Shown here: positions 10,214-21,806 of the stretch, piece by piece | Layout of the letters: every line of letters begins with the position of its first letter | Position numbering within the stretch: the first letter of the stretch is position 1 | Assembly (NCBI GenBank): GCA_021784815.1 | Contig: JAJYHK010000005.1 | Location: 25,917 to 89,916, forward strand | Origin: a bacterium | GTDB lineage: Bacteria > Patescibacteriota > Minisyncoccia > Phycocordibacterales > Phycocordibacteraceae | Direction of reading: 5' to 3' | DNA: 64,000 nucleotides | The notes under the pieces: model-generated | Seen by the model: the letters and a program-made list of their open reading frames with translations, nothing else | The model's database searches: none | Told to the model about the DNA's origin: nothing | Program-made: the position numbers and the translations under genes

Positions 10214-11533
10214 TTAGGGGTAGACCCGGCGACGGAAGATGCGCGGGAACGGGATTGCGTCCCGTACATGTGGAATGTTGAGCATCCAGCGGATCATCCG
10301 CTCGACACCCATTCCGAACGCAGCATGCGGCACACACCCGAGCTGATGGACCTCGCGGACCCATTCATACCGGGGATCGTTACGCTTGTCTTTCTCAGTG
10401 AGACGCTCATCGAGCATCTCGATGTCGTAGATCTTCTCGGCGACGCCGAGAAGCTCGCCCATCCCGTTGCTCGCGATCAGGTCGGCGACGCGCGTGATGC
10501 GCGTGTCGGACGGATCGATGCAATATGGGAAAGGCTCTACGACTCGCGGAATCCCGATGACCCAGAACGGGGTCGAGGGGAAAAGCTCGGAGAGCCTTCT
10601 TTCTTCCGCGCCACCGAGCCCCTTGCCGAACTCGATGTCGAAGCCGTCTTTCTTCAGAAGTTTGACGGCATCTTCATACGAGATACGAGGGAATGGCGTT
10701 CTCATACCATCCAGGCACATTGACGTGTCGAGGACTTGCGCCACGTCGGGGCTTTTCTGCCAGCACGTCTTCGTAACGTGGGAGATGAGCCCCTCGACGA
10801 TCCGAATGATGTCTTCGAGATCAGCGAAAGCGATTTCCGCTTTGATGTGGTGGTACTCCATGAGGTGCCGAGGACTCCGCGACTCCTCGCCGCGGAAACT
10901 CGGTCCCATGTTGTACACGCGCTCGAACGCGTGAACCGCTGCTTCGAGATAGTACCCGACGCATTGGGTCATGAAGATGTGTTCGCCGTTGATTTCGACG
11001 CCCACAGCTGACCCGTCATCGTAGAGCGGGATCGGCGTGAGAATCGGGGCATCGATTTCGAGGAAATGGTTATCCTCGAACCAGCGCCGGACTTCCGACA
11101 TCATGAGGCTCCGGAACTTCAAGATCTCCATGATCTTTGGGTTCCGAAGATACAAATGCCGGTTGGACAGCAGCTGATCGGTCAGCTTGGTATCGAACAC
11201 GTCCACATCGCCCCGCGGCTGCGGGGAGACGGGAATGCTCGCTCTGCTGATGATGCGGATTTCATCGACCGCGATTTCGCGCGGCCGATTGACATGAGAC
11301 ACCACCTTGCCAGAGACTTCGATAGCGGATTCGAGCGGGATATGCCCGATCGCATCGAATTTGTTTTCTCCGACGCGATTTCGCTCGATAACGACCTGGA
11401 TGACGCCGGTCGAGTCCATCACGTCGAGAAAGCAAATGCCGCCGCTGTGCCTTCTTGACCGAAGCCAACAAGGCAGGACGATGTCGACCCCGGCTCGCCG
11501 TTCGAGCAGGTCGGAAACGTACACACTTTTCAT
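10214..11533 (-). CDS. asnS: Asparaginyl-tRNA synthetase-like class IIb aaRS (divergent)
   Basis: OB-fold N-terminus; motif 2 SFRGEESRSPRHLMEYHHIKAE; motif 3/C-terminus GFGMGVERMIRWMLNIPHVRDAIPFPR typical of AsnRS; start placed at Met of MKSVYVSD preceded by GGAGA (track ORF extends 38 codons further). Confidence 0.65.
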   Translation of the reverse strand: MKSVYVSDLLERRAGVDIVLPCWLRSRRHSGGICFLDVMDSTGVIQVVIERNRVGENKFDAIGHIPLESAIEVSGKVVSHVNRPREIAVDEIRIISRASIPVSPQPRGDVDVFDTKLTDQLLSNRHLYLRNPKIMEILKFRSLMMSEVRRWFEDNHFLEIDAPILTPIPLYDDGSAVGVEINGEHIFMTQCVGYYLEAAVHAFERVYNMGPSFRGEESRSPRHLMEYHHIKAEIAFADLEDIIRIVEGLISHVTKTCWQKSPDVAQVLDTSMCLDGMRTPFPRISYEDAVKLLKKDGFDIEFGKGLGGAEERRLSELFPSTPFWVIGIPRVVEPFPYCIDPSDTRITRVADLIASNGMGELLGVAEKIYDIEMLDERLTEKDKRNDPRYEWVREVHQLGCVPHAAFGMGVERMIRWMLNIPHVRDAIPFPRIFRRRVYP

Positions 11534-11859
11534 CACTAATCTCCTTCCACGAGACAGTAGGACGTTGGTTGACAGTGGAGAGGCTTTCGCAGTCGTTCGT
11601 GAGTTGTCAAAGAACTCGTACGAAATACCAAATTTATAATATAACAAATCACCTTATTTGTACAGTGCATGTTCAGTGCTGGGTATTCTTACGCCCATAC
11701 GAGGGCAGGAATACAGAACCGGCGTATTTGCTTGGCTGTACAGTTCGATTCCTACGCCCGTGCTCAAAATCGGGGGAATTCGAGTGTGACTGCGACACAA
11801 AACCGCACCGAGTACGAGAATAGGAATCGAACTAGCTATTTATTGTATTTGCTACATAG

Positions 11860-11966
11860 CCCAAAAACCCGCGCATGGAAATACGCGGGTTTTTGGGCTT
11901 TTAGGGGCGCCGGAACAGTACCAATTTTGATGCCTGTCGGTACTGGTTCCTGGCGTCACAACCGTG
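11860..11966. repeat. Local repeat family, copy C (3' trailer of tRNA-Met): hairpin CCCAAAAACCCGCG/CGCGGGTTTTTGGG (11860-11897) + flank repeat + core GCGTCACAACCGTGTT (11954-11969)
   Basis: Direct-repeat partner of 5389-5485; the hairpin is flanked by T-runs on plus and A-runs read as U on minus, so it can act as a bidirectional intrinsic terminator. Confidence 0.55.
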
Positions 11967-12037
11967 TTGCGGGGGTGGGAATCGAACCCACGCCTGGAGG
12001 TTATGGGCCTCCCGAGCTACCTCTGCTCTACCCCGCT
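11967..12037 (-). tRNA. tRNA-Met (anticodon CAU), probably initiator-type; CCA not encoded
   Basis: Cloverleaf: acceptor AGCGGGG/CCCCGCA with A1.A72 mismatch, D-stem GAGC/GCTC (A11:U24), anticodon stem GGAGG/CCTCC, loop CCCAUAA, T-arm GTGGG-TTCGATT-CCCAC, discriminator A; followed by CAC not CCA. Confidence 0.85.
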
Positions 12038-12109
12038 ACCTCTAGCTTACCAAATGCACACCCCGATGCAAGGCTTGATGAAGCCGCTTTTCTCATGGAT
12101 GGCTTCGCG

Positions 12110-12715
12110 TTACGCGATATCGAACTCTCGAAAGACACGCTCGTACTGCGCAATGGTGCGGCGGGTAAGCGTTTCTGAGAGATCGAAGGCGGAACCTTCG
12201 TGAGCGATCTGATTGCGCACTTTGTGCGCTTCCCATGCGTCTGAGACCGTATCAAAATCGGCCGGGTCGACCTCGCGCAGCTTCTCGCCCACGCTGTCAC
12301 CCGGATATCCTTGGCGGGTAAGCATGTCGTTCAACATGATGTCGGCCTCGATGATCGCCTCGCGCCACTCGCTCGGACTCATGCCGCTCGCGAGTTCCTG
12401 AATACGCCTCCAGCGCGGGTTCTCGGGGCCGGCTGCCCCAGACGTGACAATCATAGATCCGTAAAAGGCGCGCTCACGCTCGCGCAAGGCAAACAGCCGT
12501 ACGGTCGCGTAAATGATGGCGAACATCGCTGCGGCCGCAATGATGTATCCGAGAAATACGATAATCATCCAGATCTGGACGACGACAGATTGGAGGTGCG
12601 CGGCATTTGTCGCCAGGCTCCCACGACCCTGAAACAGGAAGTCATAGATGACGCGAAAAAAATACTCGATGTTTAATTGTTCAGGAACACCCATCGCTCT
12701 TAGTATACCGAGCAC
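12110..12715 (-). CDS. Hypothetical membrane-anchored protein
   Basis: One or two predicted TM helices followed by a soluble domain; no recognisable family. Confidence 0.35.
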   Translation of the reverse strand: MLGILRAMGVPEQLNIEYFFRVIYDFLFQGRGSLATNAAHLQSVVVQIWMIIVFLGYIIAAAAMFAIIYATVRLFALRERERAFYGSMIVTSGAAGPENPRWRRIQELASGMSPSEWREAIIEADIMLNDMLTRQGYPGDSVGEKLREVDPADFDTVSDAWEAHKVRNQIAHEGSAFDLSETLTRRTIAQYERVFREFDIA

Positions 12716-12801
12716 TAGCCGGCTTTTCTTACATAAAATCGAACACCTGTGTATGTAACCGTTTCGAGAGACCGGTTCGTACTGAATTTAGGAGAGAGCA
12801 G

Positions 12802-14235
12802 CTACGCACGATGCAGTTTCTCCACCGCTGCGCCGACCGCAAAGAGCGCGTCTTCTGCGGTATGCGGCGCGAGGAACTGCATGCCGGCCGGCAACTGCGC
12901 CCCCTCGTATGAGACGGTCTTCATAGGCACCGATATTGCCGGAATGCCCGCGAGGTTTGCGGTCACCGTAAAAAGATCTTCGAGATACATCGAAAGCGGG
13001 TCTCCCTTCTCGCCTATCGCAAACGCGGGAGCCGGCATAGTCGGGGTCGCAATCACATCCACCGATTCGAATGCCCGGGCGAAATCCTGTGCGAGAAGCG
13101 AGCGTGCCGCAACGGCCTTGCGGTAGTATGCGTCGATATAGCCCGAAGAGAGCACAAAGGTACCGAGCAAGATACGCCGCTGCGTCTCCGGCCCGAACCC
13201 TTCGGAGCGCGAGAGGAGGTAGTCGTCGAGAAGCGTGTCGCCGCGCTTGGCAAGCCCGTAGCGGATACCGTCGAAGCGCGCGAGATTCGTCGAAACTTCG
13301 GCAAAGTTGATGATGTAATAGGCCGCGAGCGCGGGCGCTGCCGATGGCAACGCGATGTCGACGAGTTCGTAGCCTGCACGCTTGAGCGCGGTGAGTTCCG
13401 TCTCAAATGCCTCTTTTACCTCGGCCGCGATGCCCTCGCCCCTGAGGGCATCATGCAGCACGCCGATGCGCCTGGGAGCGATTGTCTTCTCGCGGCGCGG
13501 TGCGGCAAGCGTTGTCGAATCGAGCGGATCCGGTCCGGTAATCGCGTCGAGTACAGTGCGCGCGTCCGCAACCGTTTTCGCGAGCACGCCGACCTGGTCG
13601 AAGGACGAGGCGGCGGCAATGATGCCGGAGCGCGAGACGCCGCCGTAGGTCGGCTTCACACCGACGACGCCGCAGTAGCTCGCCGGATTGCGTACCGAAC
13701 CGCCGGTGTCGGTACCGAGTGCGGCAATGCACAGGTGCGCGGCGACGGCGGCCGCCGAGCCGCCCGAGGTACCGCCCGCGACGCGCGTCGGATCGTGTGG
13801 GTTCCTCGTCACGCCGAAGGCCGAGTGCTCGGTCGAGCCGCCGAGTGCGAATTCGTCCATGTTAGTGCGTCCGAGAAAGAGCGCGTTATGCGCGCGCAGC
13901 TTCTTCACCACGGTCGCGTCATAAGTCGCGCGATAGCACTCAAGCATCTTGCTTGCGGCGCTCGCGACTTTGTCCTCGACGAGAATATTGTCTTTGAGCG
14001 CGAGCGGAATGCCGCAAAGGAGCGGCGCCTTCTCGCCTTCCTCGTCGATACGCTTCTGTGCTGCTTCAATAGCAGCGTCGTCCGCATCAAAAATCTCCAG
14101 ATACGCGTTGAGCGAAGGGTTTTTTTCTTCCGCCGCCGTCGCGCATGCCCCCCACAATGTGCGGACGGTGAGCGCGCCCGCGCGCAGCGCGCGCGCCGCC
14201 TCCTCGAGCGTCAGTTCATTTGCCGGCTTAGTCAT
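12802..14235 (-). CDS. gatA: Asp-tRNA(Asn)/Glu-tRNA(Gln) amidotransferase subunit A
   Basis: Amidase signature family (GGSSGGSAAAVAA, catalytic Ser-cisSer-Lys region), 477 aa, immediately downstream of gatC. Confidence 0.9.
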   Translation of the reverse strand: MTKPANELTLEEAARALRAGALTVRTLWGACATAAEEKNPSLNAYLEIFDADDAAIEAAQKRIDEEGEKAPLLCGIPLALKDNILVEDKVASAASKMLECYRATYDATVVKKLRAHNALFLGRTNMDEFALGGSTEHSAFGVTRNPHDPTRVAGGTSGGSAAAVAAHLCIAALGTDTGGSVRNPASYCGVVGVKPTYGGVSRSGIIAAASSFDQVGVLAKTVADARTVLDAITGPDPLDSTTLAAPRREKTIAPRRIGVLHDALRGEGIAAEVKEAFETELTALKRAGYELVDIALPSAAPALAAYYIINFAEVSTNLARFDGIRYGLAKRGDTLLDDYLLSRSEGFGPETQRRILLGTFVLSSGYIDAYYRKAVAARSLLAQDFARAFESVDVIATPTMPAPAFAIGEKGDPLSMYLEDLFTVTANLAGIPAISVPMKTVSYEGAQLPAGMQFLAPHTAEDALFAVGAAVEKLHRA

Positions 14236-14515
14236 GCTGGATGATCTGCTTTACGGAAAGGTAGTCGCCGTCGCGCGCCGGAAACTGCGCGGTTATCTGT
14301 TCCGTATAGCGGCCGGCTTCGTGCGGGGTTCTATCGGCGCGCATGACGTTGCGGTGCTCCGGCACCTGCGCGAGCGACGACAGGTCGAGCTTCTCGAGTT
14401 GCCCGACATATCCGATGATCGCGTCAAATTCTTTTGCAAACGCTTCCACCTGCGCCTCCGAAAGCGAGAGCCGCGCGAGCGCGGCGAGCTTACGAACGTC
14501 CCCCGGAGTAGCCAT
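14228..14515 (-). CDS. gatC: Asp-tRNA(Asn)/Glu-tRNA(Gln) amidotransferase subunit C
   Basis: About 95-aa protein, LARLSLSEAQVEAFAKEFDAIIGYV typical GatC; overlaps gatA start by 8 nt. Confidence 0.8.
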   Translation of the reverse strand: MATPGDVRKLAALARLSLSEAQVEAFAKEFDAIIGYVGQLEKLDLSSLAQVPEHRNVMRADRTPHEAGRYTEQITAQFPARDGDYLSVKQIIQHD

Positions 14516-14550
14516 GGCGCTACTGTACCACACCCCATTTCGATCGGCCG

Positions 14551-17216
<2,666 letters not shown>

Positions 17217-17826
17217 CTCACCATGGCGATGACCTGCTCGACGGGCACTTGCGTGGTACCCACACTGTCCACGGTAATGACGCGGGTAAAGAGCGTTGCC
17301 GAACCTTGCGTGCGGTTGTAGATGCCTTCAGTGCCGCTCATTCTCAGCTTGAGTGGGCTTGCGCAGGACGCGCCGCCCTGGGAACACGGGAGGAGCGGCT
17401 GGCCGGTCGAGCTTGGATACGGGTTGTCCCAGTCACCAAGATTCATTTCGCAACCGCCTTTGGCGGTCGTGCAGTATTGTACATCCTGCAAGAAATGGTT
17501 CCACGCGTCGGCCGAGGTGTTTCCCGTGGTGATGTCCGCTTTATAGGCGGCAAGGTATTCGTTATCGCGGACGGCTCGGACGTACTCAACGCCCTCTTGC
17601 GCGAGACTCGACGCGACGAGCTGGTCCTGTGCAATCTCCGCAGCGCGCATGCTCTGCCCGGCTGCCCAGAGTGGCCCCGCGATGGAAATGGTAATGATAG
17701 CGATTGCGATAAGCGACTCAATAAGCGTAAACCCTTTGCGCGCTTTCCGCTCCGAGTGCGGGGCTTTCAAGTGGCATAGCGAAGCCGCGCTGCACCCTCG
17801 AAGCTGGAAACTGAAAACTGCTTTTT

Positions 17827-18372
17827 TCATAGGTCGGTACCACGCATGACGGCTGAGGTCTGCACCGTGAACGGTACGGTTTTGCCAGGCCCTGCTAAGG
17901 TCGTACCGCTCACCGTTATGAAGATGTAGGGCTGTGTCGTATCGCCCCCCGCACTATAGGGTGCCGTGCCTACTACCGAGAAGGTGAGGTTGGTAATCTG
18001 CACCGAAGGGTCGGTGAGCGGCGTAGCCACGCCAGGACTGCCCACCGTTTTATCAATGGCGCCGCCCGAGAGACTGAACTCGACGGTGGCGCCATCCTGA
18101 TCGGTGAGGTAGAGCACGCTGCCCGACCCGCAATCTCCGCCTGTCGGCGAACCGCAATTGTAGTGCGTACCGGTACGAATGGTGCGCGTCATACTCTCAA
18201 GCGCGAAGGACAGGTTATCGACTCCGGTCGTCGTCGCTTGAGCGCGTTGATCTATATCAAGCATAATGAGGTATGCGCCCGAAGCGAGCATTGCAACGAT
18301 AGCAAAGATGGCTACTGCTACCATGAGTTCGATGAGCGTGAATCCTCGGGACGTGTTCAAGTGTGTTCTCAT
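17827..18372 (-). CDS. Type IV minor pilin
   Basis: RGFTLIELMVAVAIFAIV prepilin motif. Confidence 0.75.
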   Translation of the reverse strand: MRTHLNTSRGFTLIELMVAVAIFAIVAMLASGAYLIMLDIDQRAQATTTGVDNLSFALESMTRTIRTGTHYNCGSPTGGDCGSGSVLYLTDQDGATVEFSLSGGAIDKTVGSPGVATPLTDPSVQITNLTFSVVGTAPYSAGGDTTQPYIFITVSGTTLAGPGKTVPFTVQTSAVMRGTDL

Positions 18373-18376
18373 ACGA

Positions 18377-19141
18377 TTACGAGCAGGTATCGCCGTTCGC
18401 GGTTATTTCTCCCGCCGCATTGACCTCGACCACCTTGAGCCCTCCGTTTGCCGAAGTAAGCTTAATGCACGCCTTCGTGATCGTTTCGCTTAGCGTGCAG
18501 TACGGTACATAAGAATTATCATAATTGCCTGCCGAGCAGAGCCAGCCGATGTTCGTCCCGCCCGATCCCGCGCTCAGATAAGGAACGGCGTTCGGGCGCG
18601 CGAAAACGATGTCCAGCTGGGAAAACGCGTTGTTCGACGCACACTCCCACGCATTGGGCCCTGCAACATAGACGCAGAGATCCTCAATAGAAATGCCGTT
18701 CCCGATCGTATACGACGCCACTTGTGTATCCTGACCTGCCGTGTACCGGCAATCGCCAGGCTGCGACCCCGGCTGACTTTGAAGAGGCGTTTCGTGGCAC
18801 AGCGGCCATCCCGAGAGTCCTGGGTAGGAGTCGGCAAATAAGAGAAAGGAAGTTGGCGACGATTTCTGGAAATCAAGACCGTACCCGACGGTACCGGATC
18901 CGATCGTGCGGCCGCCCACGCCGTAATTCTGCGCTCCTCGCATCGTAAGCGCTATGTCGTAGGCCGTGTTTGAGAGCAAAAAGCTCCGATTAAACGAGGA
19001 TTGGCTCGTGAGCGCAATGACCACGAGTACCATGATGATCGCGAGCACAATGAGCATTTCAATGAGCGTGAACCCGGCGGTGCGCGGGCGCGCTTCCCCA
19101 GGGGCCGTGCTTAGGCGAGAAAGACGAGAAAGGGATTCCAT
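18377..19141 (-). CDS. Type IV minor pilin
   Basis: AGFTLIEMLIVLAIIMVLV prepilin motif. Confidence 0.75.
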   Translation of the reverse strand: MESLSRLSRLSTAPGEARPRTAGFTLIEMLIVLAIIMVLVVIALTSQSSFNRSFLLSNTAYDIALTMRGAQNYGVGGRTIGSGTVGYGLDFQKSSPTSFLLFADSYPGLSGWPLCHETPLQSQPGSQPGDCRYTAGQDTQVASYTIGNGISIEDLCVYVAGPNAWECASNNAFSQLDIVFARPNAVPYLSAGSGGTNIGWLCSAGNYDNSYVPYCTLSETITKACIKLTSANGGLKVVEVNAAGEITANGDTCS

Positions 19142-19875
19142 GAGATGAAGAAGTAAGCAAGCAGGAAACCGGCCGCAAGAAAGGGCGCAAACGGAACCTC
19201 AATACCCATTCTAGAACCAGCAGGCCGACGCGCCAATATGATTATCCCAATAACCGCGCCGATCCAGAACGAGAAAAGGAAGCCCGGGAGCGCCGATGGC
19301 CCCACAAGGAGCGCGAGACCGAGTGCGAGCGGCGCATCGGCAAGCCCCACCGCGCGCCCGCGCGAAGCGGCGTAGAGCGCAAAGAGCGCAAGCGCAATGC
19401 TCCCAGCGACGACAAGCGAAGTGCCGAGCGCCTGCCGACTCGGCGCCTCAAGGAGCGCTGCCGCGAGCGTCGCGCCGATAAACACCCCAAGGAAGACTTG
19501 CGGAAGAATTTGGTGCGCGAGGTCGTAAAGCACGAGCGCGAGGAGCGCCGAAAGCGCAAGGAGCGCGAACGGAAGCGCCGGCATAAGTCCGAGCTTCAGC
19601 GCCGTGCACACGAAAAGCCCGCCAAGCACTATCTCAGAAACCGGAGCAATGAAAGAAATGCGCGCGCCGCAGCAGTGCGCCCTCCCTCGCACAATGAGGT
19701 AGGACACGACCGGCACGAGCGCCCACCACGGGAGCGGCGTTCCGCACGCATCGCAGCGCGAGCGCCCCCAGAGAATGCTCTGCTCGGTGCCATAGCGGCC
19801 AACAATGACGCCCACGAAGCTCGCAATGATTGCACCGAGCACGAAAAAGAGCGACGACAGCCAGAGCGAATACAT
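19111..19875 (-). CDS. pilD: Prepilin peptidase (A24 family leader peptidase/N-methyltransferase)
   Basis: CDACGTPL...CCGARISF tetracysteine Zn motif followed by polytopic membrane peptidase domain; start placed at internal Met to avoid overlap with upstream pilin gene. Confidence 0.8.
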   Translation of the reverse strand: MYSLWLSSLFFVLGAIIASFVGVIVGRYGTEQSILWGRSRCDACGTPLPWWALVPVVSYLIVRGRAHCCGARISFIAPVSEIVLGGLFVCTALKLGLMPALPFALLALSALLALVLYDLAHQILPQVFLGVFIGATLAAALLEAPSRQALGTSLVVAGSIALALFALYAASRGRAVGLADAPLALGLALLVGPSALPGFLFSFWIGAVIGIIILARRPAGSRMGIEVPFAPFLAAGFLLAYFFISWNPFLVFLA

Positions 19876-19979
19876 TATGAGTAAGTATACCTGCCCGACC
19901 TTGCATTCGGGCGCGCCACTGGGTATAGCAAAACACCGGCCGCTTGGCCGGTGTTTTGCGTAACTGCAGTACCCAGAAG

Positions 19980-20435
19980 CTATGGGCAAGCCGTTGCCGC
20001 CGTAGGAGCGGTGCCAGCAGTACCTGTTTCTATCTTTGAGACGCCGGTGCTATCAACGCAGAAGTACTTACCGCTTTGAGCTTGCGACGGCGCCATAACT
20101 GCGTACGCCGAACCATTCGAATCGCATACGGGCGTCGAGCCATTACCCTGGATACCGGCGATGGCATTGGTGATGGTGGGGTCCGCAAACATAGTGGCCG
20201 TGGTATTACACGCCGATGCGGTGCCATACGAGCTGCCGTTGCTGTCGTAATAAATCTCCGCCTGAGTCTGGATCGTATTGAGGTCCGACTGGATGGCGGC
20301 GTCGTTGCCCTTCGAGCGAGCCGTCGTGAGCGATGCGAGCACCACGGCGGAGAGGATGCCGATGATGGCGATCACGACGAGCAATTCAATGAGGGTGAAG
20401 CCTCGGAAACGATTTTTATGCATAGGTAATTTCAT
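19980..20435 (-). CDS. pilA: Type IV major pilin
   Basis: Leader + GFTLIELLVVIAIIGILSAVVL, about 150 aa, C-terminal Cys pair (CVDSTG...ACP). Confidence 0.85.
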   Translation of the reverse strand: MKLPMHKNRFRGFTLIELLVVIAIIGILSAVVLASLTTARSKGNDAAIQSDLNTIQTQAEIYYDSNGSSYGTASACNTTATMFADPTITNAIAGIQGNGSTPVCDSNGSAYAVMAPSQAQSGKYFCVDSTGVSKIETGTAGTAPTAATACP

Positions 20436-20523
20436 TCCACTAATATCGCTAGTATACGGGGCTTTGGGCGCATTCCATGAGTTCCGAGGAGCGCCCTGTG
20501 GATATCTCCCCGCTCCGTTTCCG

Positions 20524-21765
20524 CTACATCGCGCCTGCGAGGTTGTAGATCGGGAGAAGGACGGCTGCCACGAGAATGCCGACCCCGAGACCGAGAAAGA
20601 CGATCATGGCCGGCTCAATGAGGCCGACGAGCGTATCGACGGCATTCACAACCTCGCGGGAGTAGAACTTGGCAAGCGTCGTGAGGATCTTCCCCAGTTC
20701 GCCCGTCTCTTCGCCGACGCGCACCATGGCGGACATGATGCCTGGAATTTCCGGGTGCCTGCTTAAGGCCGCAGAAATGGATGATCCGCCCTTCACCTGA
20801 CTCGCAACATCTTCGAGAATCTCTTGGTAGACCGCGTTGCCAACGACCGATGCGGTGATATCGAGCGCCTCGAGCACGGACACGCCCGAAATAAGCATGG
20901 TCGAAAAGTTGTCGGCAATGCGCGAAAGATAGAGCTTCTGGTAGAGGTCGCCCACGTAGGGCACGGTGAGCCGGAAGCTGTCCAGATAGAGCTTACCGCT
21001 CGAGGTCTTGCTCAACCGCCAGATATAAAAGCCAAGCGCGATGAGCCCGATGAGAATGAAGATTCCGTAGCTAGTGAGGAAGTTCGAGAAATCAATGATG
21101 ATTCTCGTGTAGACCGGCACCTTGGCTCCGCCCTGAATGAGCACCGCGCTAATCTTCGGGATCACGAGCGTGAGCATGAGCGTCATAACCGCGAAGAACA
21201 CGAACACGACGAATATCGGATAAATGAGCGCATTCCCCGCCTTACTCATGACCTCGTAGGACCGGTCGAGGTAGTCGGCGAGATAGCCGAAGGTCTCGGA
21301 GAGCTTTCCGGACTCTTCGCCGGCGCGCACCATGTTCACGTAAAAGGTTGAAAAGATGCGCGGGTGCTTCGCGAGCGCCTTGCTGATCGAGCTGCCGCCT
21401 TGAAGGTCATCAGCAACGGCCGTAAGCGCTTGCGCAAGCGGCTTGCTGTCAACCTCCGCCGCGAGCAAACGGAAAACTCGCAACGCCGAGACCTGCGCTT
21501 CAAACAGGGTCGCGATCTGCCGCGAGAGCATGACGATATCCTTGTTCGCAACCCGGTTGAAAAACGGAATGTCCATTTCGAGGAGCGACTTTTTCTCCGT
21601 TGATTCGATGGACGAGATGATGAGGCTGCGCTGCTGGAGCGCCGCGATAGCCGAATCGCGTGAGAGCGCGTCAATGGATCCGTCACGCTCGTGCCCGTCT
21701 TGATCGATGGCGTGGTAGTTAAACAGCATAGGTGAGCTTCGTGCTTCGTGCTTCGCGCGCGGCAT
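20524..21765 (-). CDS. pilC: Type IV pilus inner-membrane platform protein (GspF/PilC family)
   Basis: Two GspF repeats, 3 TM segments, about 400 aa. Confidence 0.85.
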   Translation of the reverse strand: MPRAKHEARSSPMLFNYHAIDQDGHERDGSIDALSRDSAIAALQQRSLIISSIESTEKKSLLEMDIPFFNRVANKDIVMLSRQIATLFEAQVSALRVFRLLAAEVDSKPLAQALTAVADDLQGGSSISKALAKHPRIFSTFYVNMVRAGEESGKLSETFGYLADYLDRSYEVMSKAGNALIYPIFVVFVFFAVMTLMLTLVIPKISAVLIQGGAKVPVYTRIIIDFSNFLTSYGIFILIGLIALGFYIWRLSKTSSGKLYLDSFRLTVPYVGDLYQKLYLSRIADNFSTMLISGVSVLEALDITASVVGNAVYQEILEDVASQVKGGSSISAALSRHPEIPGIMSAMVRVGEETGELGKILTTLAKFYSREVVNAVDTLVGLIEPAMIVFLGLGVGILVAAVLLPIYNLAGAM

Positions 21766-21806
21766 AATGCGGCATGCCGTATGGACGCCCTCCGCGCTCG
21801 GGACCG

